Source of the DNA: Paraspadella gotoi | Taxonomy: Eukaryota; Animalia; Chaetognatha | NCBI GenBank assembly: GCA_051294375.1 | Contig: CM119267.1 | Location: 13,631,326 to 13,695,325 of the forward strand | Direction of reading: 5' to 3' | DNA: 64,000 bases | Part shown: positions 1 to 12,394 of the stretch, in pieces | Layout of the letters: the number at the start of each line of letters is the position of its first letter | Numbering within the stretch: the stretch's first letter is position 1 | Made by a program: the position numbers and the translations under genes | The notes under the pieces: model-generated | Database searches by the model: none | What the model was told of the DNA's origin: nothing | Seen by the model: only the letters and a program-made list of their open reading frames with translations

Positions 1-3000
1 CAAACAATGTCTGATCTGCCTACGATAATTAAGCGGTAATGAGGTAATAAGATGATATATAACGATAATTCTTTCAATTTGTGATCCTTACTGATCATAA
101 CAGATCATACCATACCAAACCAGTGGCAGCGTCAATACATGAAAATCGCTTGCAAGGGATTTAAAAACTGAACTATTACGAGGGTACGCATAATTTTTTC
201 AACTCGCATTTTAATTAACTAATTTTAATTAATTAAATTAATTTATTTTAATCGAGGAGTGGAAATGAGTTTGCAACCAAAGTGAAGTTGACTTGATTTT
301 TATTATTATGCTTACTCATAATTGTTTTTAATTAATTTAATTAATTAAAACATAATCGAAACTTTATATCCTGCTCAATCACACACTTTCCAACCCACAC
401 ACAAAATTTTATCTCAATCTATCCATCCAATTATGATTAATTCGAGTAATCATGGGTTAAAATTAGTAAAATGATTTAAGTAAATGTGACTTAGGTTTTT
501 TCCATTTAAACTCATTTCCACTCATACGATTCCATCAAAACTTTATATCTAGCAAAATCACACACTTTCCTAACCACACACAAAATTTAATTCCAATCCA
601 TTCATCCAATCACAATGGGAGTTTTTTGATAAGACGGACACACAGATGGATATTTTTTGATAAGACGGACACACAGACGGATATTTTTTGATAAGACGGA
701 CACACAGACGGACATTTTTTTTTACATATGATATGAAAACATAAGTTAGAGCAAACAATGTCGGATCTGCCCACGCTCCACGATCATTAATAAATTAGTT
801 AATTTTATCCGAAATTTTTGTTTTTAGGTCTTTTCGTCACTTACCACGACAAAAGCAACAACGATGGCGATTGACTTGATTGAGTGATTAAATAATTAAT
901 TAATTGATAAATAAATTTATTAATTGAATAATTAATTATTAATTAATTGACCAATTAATTAATTAACTGATTAATTATTTGATTAATTAATACATCTTGT
1001 AATGTTGTATTTACATTTAATATAAAAAGAAAAAGAAGCTTAATCATTTAGTGAAGCAGGTTTTTTGTTGTTTCCATTTAAACTCATTTCCACTCAGACG
1101 ATTCCATCGAAAGAAAGGAGATTGGAAACACAGACGACATTTTTTTTTACATATGAATTGAAAACATAAGTTAGAGCAAACAATGTCGGATCTGCCCACG
1201 CTCCACGATCATAATAAATTAGTTAATTTGATCCAAAATTTTTGTTTTTAGGTCTTTCGTCACTTACCACGACAAAAGCAACACGATGGCGATTGACTGA
1301 NNNNNNNNNNNNNNNNNNNNNNNNNAGTGATTAAATAATTAATTAATTGATAAATAAATTTATTATTTGAATAATTAATTGATTAATTTACTAATTAATT
1401 ATTAATTAATTGACCAATTAATTAATTAACTGATTAATTATTTGATTAATTAATACATCTTGTAATGTTGTATTTACATTTAATATAAAAGAAAAAGAAG
1501 CTTAATCATTTAGTGAAGCAGGTTTTTTGTTGTTTCCATTTAAACTCATTTCCACTCAGACGATTCCATCGAAACTTGATTTCCAGCTTAATCACACTTT
1601 ACTTGCGACACACTGTAGGATTGAACCACGAACCTTCGGGGTCAATAACATTTTCTTAGTTCGTGGTTCAATCCTACAATACAAAATTTCAAGTCAATTG
1701 CCCCATCCACTCATGAGTAATTGGCGTTCAAATAGTGAAAAACATTTTTTTTCCATTTAAATTCTTTTCCACTCTTTAGACATGTAATTCATTGGTAGAA
1801 TAATTTTCAGCAATCTTTTTTGTTAACAAATAACAAGTAAAATTTTTACTATGAAAGATTGTAAGAATCGTTCGAGTGGAAATGAGTTTAAATGAAAAAA
1901 AAAACCTATTTCCCTATTTGTTTTTTTCTTTTTTATTAAATGTAAATACAAACTGCATTAATTATTCAATTAATCAATTAATTAATCAATCAAGCAATTA
2001 ACTAATCAATCAAAAAATTAATGAATCAATTTTTTTATCAATCAATCTATTAATTAATCAATTAATTTATCAATCAAATATATAATAAATTTATTTATCA
2101 ATATATTATTAAAAGAATCAATTAATTAATTAATCAATCAGTTAATCAATCAATTAAACAATGTCAGTGTTATCATTGTCATCATCTCCAACGTCGTTGT
2201 TGCTTTTGTCCTGGTCAGTGACCTAACAAAAAGACCTAAAAACTAACAGGCCTGATATGAATTTCATTAAATTGATCAATCAATCAATCAACAATTAATC
2301 ATGACGGTGTTATCCTCGTCATTATCATCATCATGGTTGTCGTTTTTTTTGTCATAATGAAAAGACGAAAAAACAAACATGTTTGAGCTTACAATGCCAG
2401 AACTGATCGGTTAATTAATTATTCAATCAATTAATCAAATATTCAATCAATCAATCAAAAAATTAAGCAATCAAGCAATTTGTCATCGTTGGTATTATCA
2501 TTGTCGTGGTCGCCATCATTATTTAATTAATTGAATTATTTTTATAATGTTTGCAGTGACTCAAAACAAGAATTTATAAAAAAATTGAGGCATGTTTTTT
2601 GTGATAAAGAAAAACTGGTATTATCAAAAACAGTAAAAAAGCAAAAAAGATAAAAATAATAACAACAACAACTAGTATTTACATTGGCTGAGAAAAAGGT
2701 CAGCCATAAAAAGGTTGGGTAAGAACAGGTCATTCTTATTGACCACTACTGTACTACGGGTGACAAAGTACAAAGACTTTGTCGTCGTCTTCGTCATTGT
2801 ATTCGTCGTCGTTGTCGTCTTTGTTCAAATCATTTGAGCTCCCAAATGCTAGATGTTATTCTTTTAATTAATCAATATGTAATTAATTAAATAAATTGTT
2901 ATTTTTCAACTAATTAATTAATTAAATAATTACCACTAATGATCGTGGGCAGATCCGGCATTGTTGCTCAAACTTGTTTATTAATAATTTTGATTTATTT

Positions 3001-4210
3001 ATTTTATATATATTTTTTATTAGCTTTTTTGTTCAGTGCAAGAGGGGAAAAAGAAAAGATATAGAGAGATATAGAGAGATATAAGTATGTATAAGCACAA
3101 TATTATGCAATATTGCCAATAAAGCAGATCAATCCTTTTGGTTCAAACTTGTTTGTAACATGAAAACCTTATGGATTTAAAAAACAGTAGACTTAAATTT
3201 AAAAAAAAAAACAACAAAAATATAAGAAATAATTTTTTTAGTTTTATAGAATTAAAAAAGTTTAATTTATATTTAATATTTAACTTATAACTACAGTTTT
3301 TTTCAGCTCAGATTTTATTTCAATATATTAAAAAGAATAATTAAAAAAATAAATATAATTTTTTTCATAGATTTTTGACCAAAGAGGAAGAGAGAACAAA
3401 AGAAAACCAAAAAATAAAAAAAGAATAATAAAAAGTGAATAAAAAAATTAAGAGCAAACAATTTTAAATGTTGAAAATAAATACTAAAAAAAAATTTTAA
3501 AAAGAAAAAATCAAGAAAGAGCAGGAGGTTTCCAAGATTTTAATACATTAAATACCTTTCATTTCTAACCAATAAAAACAAATGACCAGGAAACGAACAC
3601 GCAGGGTTATTATAGCTTCCGGTTCAATCCTTTATTCTCAATTTTTCTATGCGGCCGCTTCCACAGTGTTCGCTTACGCTTTCCGGATCGCGTCCACATC
3701 TCTGCTTCTAATCCAACCATCCAATCACGAGTAATTGGAGTTTTTTGCTAAGGTGGGACGGACGGACGGACAGATAGACGGACATCTTTTTTTTTGCATA
3801 AATCATCATAATTAATGTTCTGACATGATATAAGTGAATGCCCGACAAATTGAGGGGGCGGACCACCGACCGACAAAGTGAATCTTTTGCTGATAAGCAG
3901 ATCCGACTAAAAATCATATTAAGATGACACTTTTAAAGCAAAGGCAGCTCAAACTGCCAATTTTTCTTTTGTTTCAGTCGGATTTTGTTTGATTTTCTTT
4001 ATGTATACTGCGAGACGAGGATCTATGTAAATAATAAAAATTAAAGCATCATCAATTTGAATCTTCGGTACAACAAATAATATTAATACAAGGCTGGATC
4101 AAAGCAAAATCACAGAAACATTATCGTCGAAAAATGTTTAAGAATGCTATGCGTCTGCCTATGGCGGTGAAAATTTAATAGTTCAGTGCTTCTCATTTTC
4201 GTCAATTCGG

Positions 4211-5589
4211 TTATGGCATCTCGATACCAACTTCAATCGAACGGCGCCAATCGAAATCGCGGCAACCAATCCAAGGATTCGTAACAAAGGAGGCTTTGAT
4301 GATTAACCCGGTCGTTCCGATAACGTGAGACAAACCGAAGCCGACCCTTTTCTCGGAGCTCAGTAATGCCGTCAATGATAACGCGGGTGAAACTTGATAA
4401 ACTGCTCCGAGGCTAAAGAGGTAATCACCAGTGCCACCTACGCCAAATATGCAAACACGATATTCATTATTTTCACGCACTCTATTTGACCGGTTGTTTT
4501 CCTTTTTTTATATCTTATTTCATTCTTTTTTTTACCAAGCATTCGACCAAGCGCAGGTTTATCATTTTTTCAATATCGATTTTTTCGGTCATAAAATACT
4601 TAGTAACACTAACCGTGGCTTAGCCGCCTCCCGGAAGATGCACCGACGCTTTTCACAGCGGCGAGGGCGTGAAAGTCATTGAAAAGTCGTTGCCTCGCAG
4701 AAAATGTAAAGGAATCCAGGTCAAGGCGATCACCAAATTGATAGTCAACGTTGAAATGATTGCCAAATTTGGGATTTAAAGATGGTCGAAGGCAGGACAA
4801 GTCTCCCACGAAACTAAATAGCGTGGTATTGTCAACCAGTTTACACCATACTTTTCATTGATCTCTTTAAATTATTGAGCCTTGGGTTTTATTTTTGAAG
4901 AAAAAATTAATAAAGTTATATACCAAGCAATCACCTAAAAAACTTGCTAAAGTAATAGGTTGTCGTTCCCACTGTAATTCTGGTGCCAATTATAAAATCC
5001 TCGATTCCCTGAACGTAGGTTCCGCTGCCAGTCAACGTGGGGCTTGATGGTGGGTCTATATTAAGTTCGAAGTCCAGATTGAACAACATCTGCTGTCGAC
5101 CAAATGTCATTTTGGAACCAAACACAACCATATTCCAGGTTTCGCTAAAAGCTGGATTGTAACTAACACAAATAAAATATATATTTAATGTACATATGAT
5201 ATGTAGATGATTTGAAAATGAAAAACGAAAACAGAAAGCAGCGAGGCAAAAAAGTTTAGATATGCCTAGGAGCGCTTTTTCTTTTGCCGTTGAGTACTTG
5301 CCGGGCTTGTACTAGGCACACTTCTTTTTACCGAGCCTTCCAGTTTTTGGCGGGCTAATTCCGTCGTGACTTCCTTGTTCTCCGCTGCATCAACTTCCGA
5401 CAAGCGAGTCGCCTTTAAAAACCAACTCATGATGATGAGATCCTCGTCCTCTGTCATCTCCTCCGGAAGTCGGTTTCCGATCCACTGAGAGTCGTCGCTA
5501 GCATCGTTAGATAAGTCTTCATGAACGCTGATCCAAGAATTCATTAAACGCAATCCTTCATTATCCGGCACTTCTTCCAACGGTTCCAT
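4211..5589 (-). CDS. Divergent VDAC/eukaryotic porin-like protein, 4 putative exons (~5589-5300, ~5162-4935, 4813-4614, 4437-4211)
   Basis: By-eye similarity to VDAC across exons: YNPAFSETWN~YGLTFTEKWN; SPTLTGSG..GIEDFIIG~GPSIRGAL..GYEGWLAG; FTFSARQRL~FGGSIYQKV; FSLGAVYQVSPALSLTALLSSEKRVGFGLSH~[31 protein letters not shown]; C-terminal IEVGIEMP resembles the beta-signal. Introns 4814-4934 and 4438-4613 are phase-consistent GT-AG; the exon1/2 junction is unresolved. Confidence 0.65.
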
Positions 5590-5789
5590 AAGTTCGATTT
5601 AACCACTTCGGTCTCAAAACCAGTTCTTAATTGAAAAAACTTCATAACTATAAAGTTAAAGATTATAAAACACTAAAAATAATTAAACCTACTCCACATT
5701 AACGTCCAAAAAACGTCTAGACGTTTAGATAATTTGTTCAAGGCCTCGAGCCGTGTTTGACCTAACCTCATTTCCGAAAAAAATTACTG

Positions 5790-8750
5790 CTAATGCTGCC
5801 TTTCATTTCTGTTGCGTGGCCTGTTATCTTCAACGACAATGGTGTGTGAAAGGAAATCGTAAAAAGCTCGACCATGCCTAAATAAAAACAACAAACAAAC
5901 AAGGATTATCATTGAGGTCAAAATTTCTTCGGAAAATATGTTTTATAATTATATTTAATAAACTATTTTAAAGTATACGTATTTCGGGGCTACCGAAAAA
6001 AAATTAAAAATTTCAATCGGTTCCCGACTCAATACAGACAATTATTTTATGCGAGATAATTTAATTATCGAGTACAAAAAGTATTTTGTTCGTATTATTT
6101 CAGGAACTGAAAAGCAAAATACTGTATATTTATAGTATTATCCTTATAAAATAGGAAATTTTCAAAATAATTTTTATAAATTTCTTATTAAAGATCCAGA
6201 TTTTTTATAAAAAGTCCAAAAATATAAAACATGTTATAACAATTTTATATGTTTACAGTGTTAAAATTGAAAAAAGTTAAAAAATTCGCCACCTTTTTNN
6301 NNNNNNNNATGAAGCAATATAGCTATATATTTTTCTTTTTTTCAATTCTTTCAAACAAAAACAACAAAAATATTTTAAATTAATATAAAAAAATTTATTG
6401 AATGATTCTGAATATGGATTTTCGAGTTAGGAAAAAAATTATGCAATTCTAAAAAAATCAGCCTCTCGCCTTTCGATTTTTTTCTAAAGGCTGATTTTTA
6501 AATTTTTTTGATATTTTGATTTTCTATGCAAAACCATTATTCTTAAGAATTTTCACCTTTTTTGACATTTTAAACGCTGAAGATAACATAATTTTTGATA
6601 ACATATTTTATATTTTTGATTCAACTATTTTATAAGAATATTACTACAAATATATTATATTTTACTATTCTGTTCCCGAGATAATATGAACAAAATATTT
6701 TTTGTATGATCGAACAAGGATATTTAGATGTGAGATAGTATGATTAAGTGCTCCACTCTAATGGCCATAGCATAATAAAGATAACATGTCCCAGTAAATA
6801 TTTTTAAATTGAGTTTTTAATTTGCTCTTTAAAATTTTCCTTTTAGCATATAAAGGTGCTTCCAGCACGTATATTGTTGGTTTTGGGCATGCTACAATTG
6901 TTGCTTACATTACCCTTATATATGGCTCTAATCGACTGGGCTTTTGTGCACGGTTTCCCGACCTAGAATACTAGTTATTCCTATTCTTAATAACCTACTT
7001 AATTATATAACAAACGACTAGGGAATGTTAACATATTTTAGTAGTGGTTTTAAGCTGAAATCCGAGGCGGATAAAATTCAACCAACATTGCCTTCTACTC
7101 GGTACCGTGGAGTATTGTTCAAGTATGAAAAAAATAAATCCTCTATGGTGGACTAGAATCCACCAACCGTTCATCAGCGGCCATTGGTGCCGGAGGCAAG
7201 TCATTCGCCTCCCAACCCAAAGGTCCGGGGTTTTAGCCCGGTAATCGCCTAGCAGTTAAGATGGACAGGGCGCTTAACCCGCCTGTAACACGGTGTTACA
7301 GCCTGATCCAAAGCTCAGAGATTGCTTATATTGAACGGTTCTGTCATTAACACATAACAATTATCACTGTCTCTTCACCTCTATCAGAGAGAGAAAACAT
7401 TAATGATTATTTTTATGTATTATAAAATAAAATTCAAAAATTTTTTATTATTGAAATCTAATGGAAAATTTTATTCTAAGTTTTGATTCATTACCCTGTA
7501 GAAATTATTATATGAGGAACTATTTTTATTATTTTTCGCAGCTTTAATATTAAAATATTATATAACATATTTTACAAGTTTCTCATTTTTTTCTGACGAA
7601 TACGAATCTGTTATTACAATTTTTAAAAAATAATTTTAAATTTTATAAATTTATGAGAATATTAATAATATTATTACTACAAAGAAAATAAAATTTGCGC
7701 TACTGTTATGCTAACAATTTTTTTTAAAAGGAACATTTTCTTTAATTACATGTACGGAGGCAGAAAAAAATATTGTTAACTCGCTTAATCTTTTCATAGC
7801 TCCACCCTACTATCTCAGAGAGGCACGGCGACCCTCTCCCCTCTTGGTCACTTCAATACGATACAATTATATACTTTTAAAATAATCAGCCAATCTTACC
7901 GGAAGACGAAAGATGTGGCACAAGCGGGAAATAAGAAAGCAATGAGTAGATTCTTCACGAAGGCGCGGAGAAAGGCTCTACTGAGATTGACGGGCAAGGC
8001 ACGAACAACAAGCACTCGAGAATCGTTTATCGGTTGCACACCGTCGCAAGATAAAACCCGGATATCAAGAGCGCGCTTGCCTGGAGTCGCCCCTGACTTG
8101 TAAATATAAAGAGTTTCGAAGGCGATGACGCAAATCCGATGGATGACCTCAAGAATCATAAGCTCGGTCGTCATGTCAAGCAGAGTCTCGAGACGCATGT
8201 CCTGGATGACGGCGTTGAGATCGTACTTATCGAGGTCAAGAAGTCCAAAACAATCGATAGTCATCACAGTAACTCCGATCTTAAGAATGAAAAGAAGCAC
8301 AAAGTCTATTGCTTCAGCAGCGAACCTCTTCCACAATGGCGGAATGCGGTGGGTCTGAAGCGGTGCCACGTTACGACCATTGGTAATCAATCCTGGTGTT
8401 TTGCATTTCAAAAATTTCAGAACAAATTTTACAAAATCTTCAATGAAATAATACTTACCCAAAAACCTAACATTTACAGGTTGGGCTTGATTAGAAAAGG
8501 AAGAAGTAGAGCCTTCAGCCGCAACGATGTTGGAAGAATTTTGAGGCGTCTGCTGTTGAAGAGAAGACATGATGTGCGAATGCCAATGCCAATAAAGCAC
8601 CCAGTGGTAATATTGCCAGGTCCAGAGAGATAATTCCTTGTTGTAGGCAGCCATTGAAATTTTTTTTTTTCCATCCCTCTTTTTCTTTTCTGATTCGTCT
8701 GTTTTATGAAGCAAAAAGTTTGTTTGGACACCCACCGTCATTTTGGACAT
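5790..8750 (-). CDS. FAM8A1: FAM8A1-like RDD-domain membrane protein; exons 8750-8459, 8392-7900, 5877-5790
   Basis: Motifs WTWQYYHW, IPPLWKRFAAEAIDF, GATPGK, RAFLRAFVKN. Donor CG|GTAAG at 7899 joins acceptor TAG|G at 5878 in phase, giving RHGRAFYDFLSHTIVVE...stop. A 66-nt GT-AG intron lies at 8393-8458. Start codon uncertain. Confidence 0.9.
7146..7377 (+). mobile_element. Solo LTR of TRIM family 1 (tRNA-like module + twister motif)
   Basis: TGGTGG...CTTCA termini, perfect 6-bp TSD cctcta (7140-7145 / 7378-7383); lies in a FAM8A1 intron, antisense. Confidence 0.85.
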
Positions 8751-8830
8751 TCCGAGAATCTGCTTGATTCAATTCAACAAATTAATTGGTAGACATTGTG
8801 TATAAACTATCAATTTCGTTGCGTTTTGAA

Positions 8831-9020
8831 TTTAGGAGAAAAACAAATTTGTTTTTAACAACGAATTTTATTATTGGTAATACATGTTTCGACTCTTGAG
8901 TTTTAGAGTCTTCATCAGTTATGTAACTGTAACTGATGAAGACTCTAAAACTCAAGAGTCGAAACATGTATTAAAAATAATAAAATTCGTTGTTAAAAAC
9001 AAATTTGTTTTTCTCCTAAA
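8831..9020. repeat. Near-perfect ~190-bp palindrome (Penelope-like terminal fold-back)
   Basis: Arms tttaggagaaaaac...ttcatcagtta / taactgatgaa...gtttttctcctaaa. Confidence 0.85.
8930..8973 (+). ncRNA. Minimal type I hammerhead ribozyme motif (mirror copy on minus strand ~8878-8921)
   Basis: taa-CTGATGA-a-gactct...agagtc-GAAAC-AT-GTA-tta; palindromic stem III ACATGT. Confidence 0.7.
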
Positions 9021-10689
9021 AACAAATTAATTCAAAATAAATACAGCTTCCAAGAAAAAAATAATCTTGATTCGTGATAACGTCAATATAAAAATCCACA
9101 TCAACAATTCAATATACTAAATATAAGAAATAATTGAAGGACGCTTTTCTAATCATTAAGAAATTAATACTTAAATCGTTTCGCTGATAAATTAAATTGA
9201 TTAAGTATTTTGCTAGGCGCAGCGTTTCACAAGGCAAATGAGTTCGATTACTTCTTCGGACGCATTGTCACCAGACATTTACATGTCAGATATGCCCAAT
9301 GAAGTTGCCGAATACGTAGTCGTAAAGCGCCTTTTTGTCTTCGTAAAGATCAATGGCTGACAAGCTCGACGGTGGAGAGACGGAAGTGGTAAAAAAACAG
9401 TTGATGACGGGGAACGTCTCGACGTGATATACACTAGGCAAGAAGCGGGGTTTCTAGAAAGGGGGATTGGTTAAAACCGGCTTGGGCGTCCGGAGGACAG
9501 TGATTGAAAAGACGGAAACTTGGCAATAAAGATTTAGGGTGCAATGAGTACATGCCCAACATCAAAAAAATTTAGAGAAGATATGAACCAGAATAAAGCA
9601 AGGCCATTATGATCACTCTTACAGTAGGAAAAACTCAATTCCTTTATTAGAGACGAGAGAAATAGTCAAAACCAAAAGTTTGACTAAGACGTACAGTCGC
9701 GTGGAAAAACGAATTCACGCTACCCTCTTACATATTTCCTCATTTTGTGACCAATATTCTTGCTCTGTCATATCACTAACATATGCGTTACGTTCGACCG
9801 AACATAGGCTTTTTTCACCATGACTGTTGATCATCAGCAAGATCGCATAGACAATCAAAATATGTAAAAAATCAGTCTGATTGTAGTTTGAAACAGTGAC
9901 AAAATTTCTTACCATCGTCATTGTAATTGAGCTGGGTTAAACTTGTTGATTAAAAAAAGATATATTAAAATTCAATTTGTTACTAGAGATCGAGAGCTAT
10001 CTTTTAAACCTTTCATTTATAATAAATTTAAGGAATAACAATCACCCAATTATATTAAAATCAGAACGACAAAACAATTTTGCTTTTTTCGAATTTTTGT
10101 TTTCATTTTGACAAAAAAATTTGTGGTGATTTGTTGGGAGCTTTAACAAAGATCCAGAAAGCATTTTTTGAAAACTTATATTCTTACAACTGTGTGTAAA
10201 TATAAAAAAAAATATTCAAATTTAGTATAGTAAAGTAACTATATTGAATAAAAAAGTTAAATATTTTTCATTTAAAAAAAACATTTAGTTTATGGAGAAT
10301 TAAAAAGAAAAAAATTGTGAAGCAATTTTGCATTTTGAAAAAAAAATAGATTTTTCCCATTCGATTTTGTCATTTTGTCATTTTTTGATATATTCAATTT
10401 TTATACAAAATTATAATTCTCAGTAAGCATGGTCCAAAAAATATTTTTTTAAATTTTTTATCTTTTTCTTTCTTTTATATTTTGATAATTAATTACTTTG
10501 AATGATACAGTAATGATTTTTTTGTTTAAAAAAATTACTACCTTTCTTTTTAGATTGATCTCATATCATTAATACAAATTTATTTTATCAATTAATGAAA
10601 GACAATAATAACAATATAATTCTGTACAGTATTAATAAAAAAAAACAGAAAGAGGAATAAGGATAATAATAAACAAAATCTTAAAAACA

Positions 10690-11580
10690 TAAGGATCGTC
10701 GCAATCGCATTACAAAAATATGGATTGACGACAAATTTTGATACTAAAAAAAAAAATTTCAAAAAAGAAAATTAATTTATAAACAAAGAAAAATGATATT
10801 TTGCGATTGTCAATTAAAAAAAATAATGAAGTACTGAGGAAAATTAAAGTTACAGTTTAAAAAAAAAAAAATAAAAAATAAAAAATAAAAAAGTCAGCAG
10901 ACGTAACCTCTGAGAAAAAAAAAACGAAATAAAAACCCGATGTTGCGATAGCAAAATGATAACATGCACCAATGCGATGCCTAATTTTACGAGTTCAATC
11001 CTAATTCCTTCTGCTGCGCCTTTTTGATTTCTTTTATTTTTTTCCCTCTCTCTGCGTTTTTATTTAAAAAAAAATTTTAATGAGGATTGAACTCGTAAAA
11101 TTAAGCATCGCACTCGTGCATGTTATCATTTTGCTATTGCAACATCGAGTTTTTATTTCGTTTTTTTTGTCAGGTGCTGCATCTGCTGATCAGTTTATTT
11201 TTTGACAATAAAATTTTTTTTTCAGTAACTTTAATTTTCCTCGGTACTTTATTATTTTTTTTAATTGACAATCAAAAAATAGAATTTTTCTTTGTTTATG
11301 AATTAATTTTCTTTTCTCCAATTTTTTTTCTCAGGGGCTGCATCTGCTGATCAGTTTATTTGACAATAAAAATTGACAATAACAAAAAAAACCTTTTTTT
11401 TAAAACTTTAATTTTCCTCGGTACTTTATTATTTTTTTTAATTGACAATCGCAAAATATAATTTTTCTTTGTATATAAATTTTTTTTTCTCAAATTGTAT
11501 TTTTTTTAGTATCAAAATTTGTCTGTCAATCCGGATTTTTCTTATGCGATTGCGACGATCTGTATGCTTTTAAGATTTTT
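10690..11580. repeat. Long imperfect inverted repeat (fold-back element)
   Basis: gatcgtcgcaatcgcat...ttttacgagttcaatcct is inverted as aggattgaactcgtaaaa...atgcgattgcgacgatc. Confidence 0.7.
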
Positions 11581-12157
11581 CTTATGAATAGGGGCAGCCC
11601 GTCTCAATGAGGCGAGTCAAAAATCTAGAATGAGATCCTGCTCAAACGAAAATTTATACATTTTTGAGTATACTTTCAATGTACAAAAAATTTCTTTATT
11701 TTTTAATATTTATAGAAAGAAAATGAGTTCGACCCTATTCAGATTCGTCTAAAAACGAGTTCAGCTCTGAAGCGGCTATCCAGCTTCTCTCTCTCGTTAT
11801 TCGATCTCTTGCGTGATCGTGCGTTTTTCTAAAAATTCTGATTATTTTTTCTTTCTAAAAACTTTTATTTCGCCATTTAATCCGCGCTTTTTTCTCAATA
11901 CAAAATCCCAAATTTACATCCGAGATTTTCGTGGATTTATTCTTTTTCTTTCTATCTCTCTTTCACTCATGCATGCATTTGTTTGTTTTATTTACGATGA
12001 ATGATTCATCGCGTCAATGAATGACTATCATCGCATCAATGAATGACTATCATCGTATCAATGAATGATTATCATCACATCAATGAATGCAATATTTGGT
12101 TATCTTCGCATCAATAATCAATTCCTATTACATCAATAATTCGTTATCGCATCAATC

Positions 12158-12394
12158 TGTGGAAGACGATGCCGCGAGCAGTTTACCGTCCGTTGCACAC
12201 AAGGTCCCGAACTTCGGATCGGGCTGTAGTCCGTCACTACAGGTGGGTTAGACGCCCCGTCCCGCTTTTACTTGTGTGAATCAGCAGGGCGCGAACCCGA
12301 GTCCTTTGGGTTGGGAGGAGCTCGTGCTACCTCCGGCGCCATAGGTGCTGCTGATTCTCGGACGAGTAGTGGGGTATGAAATACTACCACTACA
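12158..12394 (-). mobile_element. Solo LTR, related family 2 (tRNA-like module + intact twister motif)
   Basis: TG...CA ends, 4-bp TSD aatc on both sides; shares gccggagg, cctcccaacccaaagg, gggttc and gggacggggcg with family 1. Confidence 0.8.
12196..12278 (-). ncRNA. Putative type-P5 twister ribozyme (family 2)
   Basis: cacacaag-taaaa-gcgg-GA-CGG-ggcgtc-U^AA-ccc-ACC-[tgtagt gacgg actaca]-G-cccga-U-CCG-AA-GU-tcggg-ac-cttgtgtg. Predicted cleavage between 12250 and 12249. Confidence 0.8.

Noticed and set aside
740-1570. Local tandem duplication (also 27907-28165)
   Set aside because: Near-identical copies straddle N gaps; probably unmerged contig overlaps.
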